DNA from: a virus
Lineage: Duplodnaviria > Heunggongvirae > Uroviricota > Caudoviricetes
Virus record (IMG/VR): IMGVR_UViG_3300003310_000099
Span: 266,295 to 330,294 of that record
Length of the DNA stretch: 64,000 nucleotides
Reading direction: 5' to 3' (one strand)
Under the pieces are notes generated by a model. It was not told where the DNA came from and searched no databases. It worked only from the letters and a program-made list of their open reading frames with translations. Every line of letters starts with the position of its first letter. Position 1 is the first letter of the stretch. This document shows, piece by piece, positions 58,225-64,000 of this stretch. The position numbers were made by a program, and so were the translations under genes.

Positions 58225-58548
58225 ATGCACACCAAGGAAAGCATTGCGGCGCTGTTGGCCACGAACGACAAGGCCGTGTATCGCGCTCTGGTGGTGCTGT
58301 TCGAGCGGCAGACCGCCGACGAACGCGACTCGGAGCAGACGAATCACCTCAACGGGATGGGCTTCAACGGGCGGGACGCCAAGTTCGGCACCTCGTTGGC
58401 CAAACAGGTCATCCGTTGGCAGGACGGGTTGACCAACTACCGAACGCCGTTGACGATGGCGCAGACGAGCGCCGCACGCAAGATGCTCCGCAAGTACGCG
58501 GGACAGTTGGCCAAAGTCGCCAACGAGAAGGCCGCAGTCGGGGTCTAA
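58225..58548 (+). CDS. Hypothetical phage protein
   Basis: Single-gene unit; terminator at 58553-58574. Confidence 0.8.
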   Translation: MHTKESIAALLATNDKAVYRALVVLFERQTADERDSEQTNHLNGMGFNGRDAKFGTSLAKQVIRWQDGLTNYRTPLTMAQTSAARKMLRKYAGQLAKVANEKAAVGV

Positions 58549-58837
58549 GGGGAAGGGGGCTTCGGCCCCTTTTTCCTTTTATAAGGATTAGCTTAGCTGT
58601 ACCTAGTACAGTGTAACGACGACTGGTCTTCATCATATAGTGGCCCTTCCCTCACCCTGTTCTGGAGTCGGCAATGAAGTACGTCTATGGTGACTTGGTG
58701 CTGAGTGCGGTGCATGGCTGCTACGTCCGTGTCAAGGAACAACAGGGCTGCTACTTGGTTGTCATGGATCGCAATACGCTGGTCGAGTTGCCCGACCACA
58801 TCCACATATCGCAAGCCACGTTCGCCAAGTAGCATGA

Positions 58838-58876
58838 GATTAGCACTAAGCTATTAGGTATAGCTTAGTGCTAATC
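58838..58876. repeat. Perfect 17-bp-arm inverted repeat containing TAGCTTAG half-motifs
   Basis: GATTAGCACTAAGCTAT-taggt-ATAGCTTAGTGCTAATC. Confidence 0.9.
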
Positions 58877-59169
58877 ATATTGAATAGCTTAGCTGTACCA
58901 AGTAAGGTGTAACATAATTAAGAATGGAGAAATTAATTTCAAAAAAGTTTGAAAAAAAGAAAATAAAAAGGAGGGGGCTACCCGCCATACGAGCCTTCTT
59001 ATACATGAAGACAAGAAAAAATTCCACAGGTAGGTTTTCAAATTTCAAATTATAGAAAAAAATTCCCAATTTCGTGTTTCAAAAATTGGGAATTTCAAAA
59101 TTTTCATTTTCCGTTATTAGCTCAAAACTTTACCAAAATCCGATTTCCAAAAATAGCATTGCTGGATTT

Positions 59170-59985
59170 TTAGCACTGGCCTTCAACCCATTTAAAAATC
59201 TCTATACCCTTATCAATTTCCAGTTTATACCATTCATTCTTTTTGTCTTGGAAGACCGCCGCAGGTTGTAATATGCTTTTCAAGAGATTTTCTGCCTTTG
59301 TGCGGTTATCAAATACTTTTGATTTATAATGTCTTTTATAATCTCTAAAAGGCGCGCCAGTTTGATAACTATCTACTCTTTCCTCATAATCAAGTGACTT
59401 ACCAACTTTAAAATATCCTGGCCATGCAGGATTAGTTAATAAATATAAATATCCTTTTTTAATACCACACTGTTTATTTTTCAATGTTGCCAGTATTGCA
59501 TCTCGTTCTTTTCTTATCTCATCTAATTCTTGGTCAAATTCTGTTATTTGTTTAGGAACTATTTTACTAGCAATAAAATTTCGGTCTTCGGCAGATAGAG
59601 GTAATACTACAGGCCGATCATAACAATTACTTACGTTTAATTTTGCACCCTTTCCAGTATCGTAAACCACTAACTTACCTTGGAATAATTTTATAGATGG
59701 AGATGCATCTGGATAGAGTTTTCGGAATTCCTCGACAGCAGGCACCATTGTATTCAAAAATGTCTGGTAGTCTATGCCGATAGATAACAAAGTATGCTTC
59801 ATTCTTCTCCAGCATTCCTTAACTCTACCTAGCACAGTTGAATAAAGTTGGCGGTAATTTTTCCTGTGGCATTCAAGACAAATACTGTCTCGGTCATAAC
59901 GGTGTCCATATCCAGTTGATTTTTTGAATTCATTGAGTAATTTTTCGTCCCCGCAATTTCTACATTTTATTTTTTCAGTAATCAT
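59170..59985 (-). CDS. T5orf172 / GIY-YIG-like domain protein (probable homing-type nuclease)
   Basis: N-terminal CxxC...CxxC; C-terminal GYLYLLTNPAWPGYFKVGKS..RVDSYQTGAP..AE..NEWY. Confidence 0.8.
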   Translation of the reverse strand: MITEKIKCRNCGDEKLLNEFKKSTGYGHRYDRDSICLECHRKNYRQLYSTVLGRVKECWRRMKHTLLSIGIDYQTFLNTMVPAVEEFRKLYPDASPSIKLFQGKLVVYDTGKGAKLNVSNCYDRPVVLPLSAEDRNFIASKIVPKQITEFDQELDEIRKERDAILATLKNKQCGIKKGYLYLLTNPAWPGYFKVGKSLDYEERVDSYQTGAPFRDYKRHYKSKVFDNRTKAENLLKSILQPAAVFQDKKNEWYKLEIDKGIEIFKWVEGQC

Positions 59986-60070
59986 AAATTTAACCCTTTG
60001 TTATTAATGTCATTTGTCATTATAGTATCTTGGTAACAAAAATCAATAAAATATTTTCATATATAACTTC

Positions 60071-61681
60071 ATGTTATTTAGTCAATGGTTAGAGACGGAG
60101 CTTAGTCAAGCTGAGCGAGAAATGCTTGGCAAGCCCAAAGTAGGTAAATCTGGCAAGCCGAGTGCATATAATTATCCGAGTGAGGAGGAATGGGGCAAGC
60201 TTCGTCCTTACTTGGTTAATAGAAGTAAGGCATCTAATCCAAATTTAGATCAAGATTTAACGGCATATACTCCTGGTGAAACTTTAACCATATTAAACAA
60301 TCCTAAGATTAGGGCATATCATGACAGGGTATCGCATTTCAGGGTGCCCGACAATTTTGATACGATAGTATTGGTGCCATGTGCGAAGAGTAAGCCGTGG
60401 GGTGCTGGGTGTAAGAGTAATTTTTACAAAGCGTATCATCAATTGATGGGTGATCCTGAGATGGGTAAAGTCTACATGGCGACTATATCGGAGCCATTGG
60501 GGGTAGTCCCTAGTTCGGATTGGGAGAATTTTCCTCAGTATGACAATCCTGGGTTATTTGATGATACGGCGATGCAGAGTAGTTTAATGACGAAGGATTG
60601 GGGTAAGACGCCTGTGGGGTCAAAGAGGATAATGCCATTTGATGTTAATTCGTACAATCAATCTATAGATGTATTGTCTAAGGTGATAGCATCATTTATG
60701 AAGGTGAATAGTGACAAGAGGTTTGTGGCATTTGTGGACGATCCGAGTGGGAAGTTGACGACGCATGGGGACATGTTGAATCGGGCATCAAGTTTAAGTG
60801 GGATACCGATTACTCGTTTTTCGAAGAAGCCAAAGACAGGTAGGGAGAAGGGGACGGTATATCCATACATGAAGAGTAATATTAGGTTTAAAGAGTGGTT
60901 GATTGAGCAGACGTTTAACGAATTTGAAAGATGGTTGCAGGTGAACAATATTGATATGGGGGATTTAATAAAGCAATTACAGAGTAAGGAACCAGACGGG
61001 CATGGGGGTAATGCGGTATTTTACAAGATACCAGGGACTCAATTTGGGGTAAAGATTATTAAGGGCACGAAGGGTATTGGTCAGTTGAGGGCGGCGGATG
61101 ATGAATTGGGGGATGAGAACTACGGGCAGGCGATTGCGCATTATGGTTCAAATATACAAATATTAAAATTGCAATCTGGGATTCCTGCGGGTCATCCTTA
61201 CAAATATGATAAGGATGATATGGAAGGTGCGAAGGCAAGGTATTTGGCAAATTTGGAGTCGGCTGCGGGGATGCCAGTGTCTGAATATGAGCGTTTATTT
61301 AGGAGTATAAAGAAGTTAAATGATAGGGGTTGGGTAATTGATCCGAGCAAGAGTGGGAATTTATTGATAGACAGGGGGCGGTTTAATTTGGTGGACATTA
61401 ATAAGCATGAGGGGGATTACAGGAACAATGCGGGTGAGGTGGTGAGTATGTTGATAGACAATTTTCATTTTGGCAAGTATTTTACGAATGACATGAGGGT
61501 AAAGGGGTTGGCGAAGCAGATAATAGAGAAGGCGGATGAGGCGGCGGCGAGGGTAGGATTTCCTTACAACAAGGAATCATCGACTTCGCAATATTCGCAT
61601 CAACATGCATATGGTCCAGTGGAGGAGCCTTGGAAAGCAGTGGTGAATAATGATAAGGAATTTGGTTGGGATCATGTATAA
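60071..61681 (+). CDS. Two-domain protein: DUF5591-like N-terminal half and kinase-like C-terminal half
   Basis: VLVPCAKSKPW, ISEPLGVVP, PQYDNPG; C-half G.GGNAVFY..VK and D.SKSGNLL...LVD. Confidence 0.55.
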   Translation: MLFSQWLETELSQAEREMLGKPKVGKSGKPSAYNYPSEEEWGKLRPYLVNRSKASNPNLDQDLTAYTPGETLTILNNPKIRAYHDRVSHFRVPDNFDTIVLVPCAKSKPWGAGCKSNFYKAYHQLMGDPEMGKVYMATISEPLGVVPSSDWENFPQYDNPGLFDDTAMQSSLMTKDWGKTPVGSKRIMPFDVNSYNQSIDVLSKVIASFMKVNSDKRFVAFVDDPSGKLTTHGDMLNRASSLSGIPITRFSKKPKTGREKGTVYPYMKSNIRFKEWLIEQTFNEFERWLQVNNIDMGDLIKQLQSKEPDGHGGNAVFYKIPGTQFGVKIIKGTKGIGQLRAADDELGDENYGQAIAHYGSNIQILKLQSGIPAGHPYKYDKDDMEGAKARYLANLESAAGMPVSEYERLFRSIKKLNDRGWVIDPSKSGNLLIDRGRFNLVDINKHEGDYRNNAGEVVSMLIDNFHFGKYFTNDMRVKGLAKQIIEKADEAAARVGFPYNKESSTSQYSHQHAYGPVEEPWKAVVNNDKEFGWDHV

Positions 61682-61737
61682 AATTGGTAGAAGTTAATAA
61701 AAACGGGATTTAGGTTAGGTAGGAGATATATAGGGTT

Positions 61738-62370
61738 ATGTATAAATTCAGAGAGTATGTTTCTAAAAGGGATGAGGTCAATTACAATCCTAATTTAGGG
61801 AAGGTATTGCCACAATCTGTTCGTGGGAACGTAGATTTTTCGATACCTACGGCAGCGATGAAGACAGGGGCGGCGGCATTACAGGGAGTTGGGACATTGG
61901 CTGGTGGTATGGTGGCGGCATTGAGTGGGGTGCCCGTAACGATTCAGGCGATGCAGGATGCGAAGACAAGGTTTGAGAGGGCACAGAGGTATATATTACC
62001 TTATTTGGCGAAGGATGAGGGAATGAGGGCTAGGGTATTACAAAAGGTAGATTCGGCATTGGCATTTTTGCAGAGTAATCAGGACAAGGGAGTTATTAGT
62101 GGTGGTGAGGGTTTGCCTGATGTAGGGATGGGTGGTGTACATGGTGGTGTTGGGTCGGCATTATGGAAGGGTTTGAGTGCTACTTTCAAGAATTTATATG
62201 ATACTTTATTAAACAGGAGTAACAGGGCTGGTCCGTTCTTGGAACAGTTTAAGGTTATGTTTGAGTCATTGGGGGAAATGACTAAGGAGGTAGCTTACGG
62301 CAAGTTACGGGCATTCAAGCAGGCTGCTGAGGTAGGCAGCACATATATTGATCCAGATACGATGAGATAA
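61738..62370 (+). CDS. Hypothetical protein (possible virion internal protein)
   Basis: Starts MYKFREYV..RDE; ATATATA-N5-ATG upstream. Confidence 0.7.
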   Translation: MYKFREYVSKRDEVNYNPNLGKVLPQSVRGNVDFSIPTAAMKTGAAALQGVGTLAGGMVAALSGVPVTIQAMQDAKTRFERAQRYILPYLAKDEGMRARVLQKVDSALAFLQSNQDKGVISGGEGLPDVGMGGVHGGVGSALWKGLSATFKNLYDTLLNRSNRAGPFLEQFKVMFESLGEMTKEVAYGKLRAFKQAAEVGSTYIDPDTMR

Positions 62371-62383
62371 GGATATATAGGAT

Positions 62384-62578
62384 ATGATTACATTTACTAA
62401 TTGGTTAAAGATGAAGGAGGCATCTGCTTTTACGAGGAGTAGGACTGCTGCTGCTTTAGGTACAGGCCCAACGATTCCAGATGCACAGATTAATAGTCGT
62501 AGTACAGCAAGACCTTGGGAGGCCAAGGCTATCAAGAAGAGAAACAAGAAAAAGTGCAAACCAAAGAAGAAAATGTGA
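62384..62578 (+). CDS. Small basic hypothetical protein
   Basis: Starts MITFTNWLKMKE; ATATATA-N4-ATG upstream. Confidence 0.65.
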   Translation: MITFTNWLKMKEASAFTRSRTAAALGTGPTIPDAQINSRSTARPWEAKAIKKRNKKKCKPKKKM

Positions 62579-62595
62579 GGCTGATGGTTTATTGG

Positions 62596-63119
62596 TTAGT
62601 TTAGCCAATCCTCTGATTTATAATTTCCTAATTGGTCACTTTGTTCTAGTATTTCGATAGTGGAGAAATACAGATCATCATCACTATTAGAATCAAAGCC
62701 AGCTTCACTTACCATGACAATGGAACTTAAAGATGAAACTGGCTTATTTTCTAGCATTTTAAAAGCATCAATTGCTGCTTTTTTTGGAGTAGGTCGATCA
62801 ATAATTTGTTTAAAGTCGCCTGAAATAACATAATATTTTGCCATTATTTATCATTCTCTGCTAATTGGTTGAAATGTGCTGCACCCATTTGGAGCAGTTC
62901 TGCGAGTTCGCTTTCTGGGATATTACGATAATTGATATCCCAACCTTTGTGTAAGGGGCTTTGTTCACCTTTTGCTTCTATATTAGAGTGGAAGATTACG
63001 CCTGCGAAGGTTGATCTTTCGATAATTTCTTCGATTAATTCTTTGGTTGAGTAAAATTCCAGCGCATTTGATCTTCGGACAATTTCATCGACTAATTCTT
63101 TGGTGGTATATTCGTTCAT
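62596..63119 (-). CDS. Two coupled small hypothetical proteins (62844-63119 and 62596-62844)
   Basis: GGAG RBS before the first; TAATG stop/start overlap between them. Confidence 0.65.
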
Positions 63120-63128
63120 TATAAACTC

Positions 63129-63740
63129 CTATGCAAAATTATGTTCAACAGTTATTTTCAAGCTAATTTCTGGCAAGTGTATATGGTTACACAGTTTATG
63201 TTTTTTGGCTTCTTTTGCATTAAGGAACCATTCAGCGTGGCTTTTTTGGTGGATTAGGTCTAAGAAGTAGTTGGGTGGTTGGCCACAGTTTTTGGCTAGT
63301 AGTGAGAAAATATGTTTGTTAAGGCGTTCGGTTTGTCCTACATCGGCTTTAAGTTCTTCGATTTTGCCGTAGGTGAAGTTTGAAACGTCATGAAGCATGA
63401 TGGTAGCATGTTCAGACATAAATCGCAAGCCATGATTTCCGAACCCAAAGAGAATTGCGCCTGCGGACATTGCCTTGGATTCGCAGATAGTGGCAACTGG
63501 CAATTTGCAATTTTGGATTTCTGAAATCATGGACAGTAGTGCATAAACTTGTCCACCGTAGGAATCTACGACGATGGGTACGACGGTTTGTCCTGAATTG
63601 CAGGCTTTATTGATATCTTCTGAGAAATGTTTTGAGCCATCTTCGTCAAATTTGGTGATTCTAATTACGATAGGGAGGTCAATAAGGTCTTCAGCTGCTT
63701 TTATTTTAATTCTGGGATCGACTTCGATTCGTCTATGCAT
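63129..63740 (-). CDS. clpP: ClpP-like serine protease
   Basis: VDSYGGQV, AMSAGA, ATIMLHD, WFLNAKEAK; probable start at ATG 63740. Confidence 0.85.
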   Translation of the reverse strand: MHRRIEVDPRIKIKAAEDLIDLPIVIRITKFDEDGSKHFSEDINKACNSGQTVVPIVVDSYGGQVYALLSMISEIQNCKLPVATICESKAMSAGAILFGFGNHGLRFMSEHATIMLHDVSNFTYGKIEELKADVGQTERLNKHIFSLLAKNCGQPPNYFLDLIHQKSHAEWFLNAKEAKKHKLCNHIHLPEISLKITVEHNFA

Positions 63741-64000
63741 TGTATTTCCTTTGCCAGCCAAATAATTCTATTTTTACGGATATAGGTAATACTACAATTG
63801 GTTATTTTACCTATACTTGATATACAATGAGTAATCTGAATAACATTTTGAATAAAATCCGTATGTGTAATCAGTATAGACTTTTCTGGGATGGAGTCAA
63901 GGGTTTTTACAAGTCTGTCGCAGAAATCTATTTCATTTTCTTGACGTTTGCTGAGGTTGTCATATGGAGCAAAATGTACTTTACAATTTTGTTCAATGAT
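63701..64000 (-). CDS. Partial ORF, possibly the C-terminus of a histidine phosphatase
   Basis: Manual translation gives SILITH...NCSIT; truncated by the right edge. Confidence 0.35.
   Translation of the reverse strand: MIEQNCKVHFAPYDNLSKRQENEIDFCDRLVKTLDSIPEKSILITHTDFIQNVIQITHCISSIGKITNCSITYIRKNRIIWLAKEIQCIDESKSIPELK

Larger units (their letters stand above)
1782..58903 (+). repeat. Dispersed 16-bp motif CTTAGCTGTACYNAGT, about 84 direct copies (putative phage promoter and cassette boundary)
   Basis: Copies start at 1782, 4586, 4832, 6610, 7346, 9205, 10698, 15302, 17431, 19119, 19855, 21596, 22426, 23765, 24147, 24691, 26008, 26466, 26991, 27154, 28451, 29232, 30227, 31131, 32096, 33200, 34422, 36270, 36453, 36590, 37689, 37944, 38325, 38932, 39123, 39508, 39665, 40190, 40786, 41204, 41458, 41680, 42067, 42404, 42814, 43753, 44201, 44659, 44991, 45322, 45593, 46085, 46425, 46649, 47032, 47580, 48732, 48972, 49376, 49709, 50159, 50625, 50953, 51351, 51755, 52216, 52655, 53132, 53315, 53663, 53911, 54346, 54627, 54921, 55388, 55841, 56133, 56683, 56929, 57391, 57614, 58171, 58592, 58888. 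Confidence 0.97.

Noticed and set aside
536-58835. Numerous minus-strand and alternative-frame ORFs in the track (many containing LGTAK, VQLS or TRYS)
   Set aside because: They are shadows of + strand genes; those peptides are translations of the reverse-complemented motif.
1782-58903. The motif array as a CRISPR array
   Set aside because: The repeat is only 16 bp, intervals range from about 140 bp to more than 4 kb and contain whole genes, and no cas genes are present.
36270-58903. Classical integron attC cassette array
   Set aside because: There are no RYYYAAC...GTTRRRY palindromic attC sites and no tyrosine integrase in the window. The fixed start-site geometry fits a promoter better, so only a functional analogy is kept.
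1782-58903. The motif as a ribosome-binding site or a conserved protein domain (LSCTE / LAVPS)
   Set aside because: It also precedes tRNA-like and ORF-less units and genes with their own GGAG, and it is read in all frames, so conservation is at the DNA level.
58875-59271. ORFs 58875-59069 (-) and 59074-59271 (+)
   Set aside because: They are F/K/I-biased translations of A/T-tract DNA, and one overlaps the T5orf172 gene.
1-64000. Stop-codon reassignment as the cause of the many short ORFs
   Set aside because: Recognisable proteins are full length under code 11, TAA, TAG and TGA all end genes, and the short ORFs have their own starts.
1-64000. Host or phage taxon assignment
   Set aside because: No structural, polymerase or terminase genes lie in the window; leaderless starts and GC trends are not enough to name a host.

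Overview
This window looks like part of a large (jumbo, T4-like) bacteriophage genome. It is densely packed with short, almost all + strand, mostly hypothetical ORFs. Recognisable accessory genes are an AAA+ ATPase, a PyrD-like protein, a glycosyltransferase, a KH-domain protein, a cyclic-phosphate receiver domain, SprT, DUF932, an HNH nuclease, a P-loop kinase, an Rnl1-type RNA ligase, T5orf172/GIY-YIG, a DUF5591-like protein and ClpP. There are also two full-length tRNAs and several odd tRNA-like elements. The dominant unexplained structure is a 16-bp asymmetric motif, CTTAGCTGTACYNAGT. By manual count it occurs about 84 times on the + strand and twice inverted, between 1.8 and 58.9 kb. It sits at gene boundaries and is followed at a fixed offset (21 nt from its first base) by an ATG or a GTAA leader. 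I read it as a non-sigma70 phage promoter that drives many leaderless mRNAs and small RNAs. It divides the region into gene-cassette-like units that become shorter, more GC-rich and more stereotyped (upstream TCGCCC hairpin, motif, CTTACTGGAG leader) toward 59 kb. A second promoter class (TAWATA-N4-5-ATG, T4-late-like) precedes genes, most of which carry F-[KR]-E-W-L capsid-targeting-like peptides. A repeat-rich non-coding gap at 35.4-36.3 kb coincides with a strand-skew inversion and is a candidate origin. All counts were made by eye and protein calls rest on motif recognition only.
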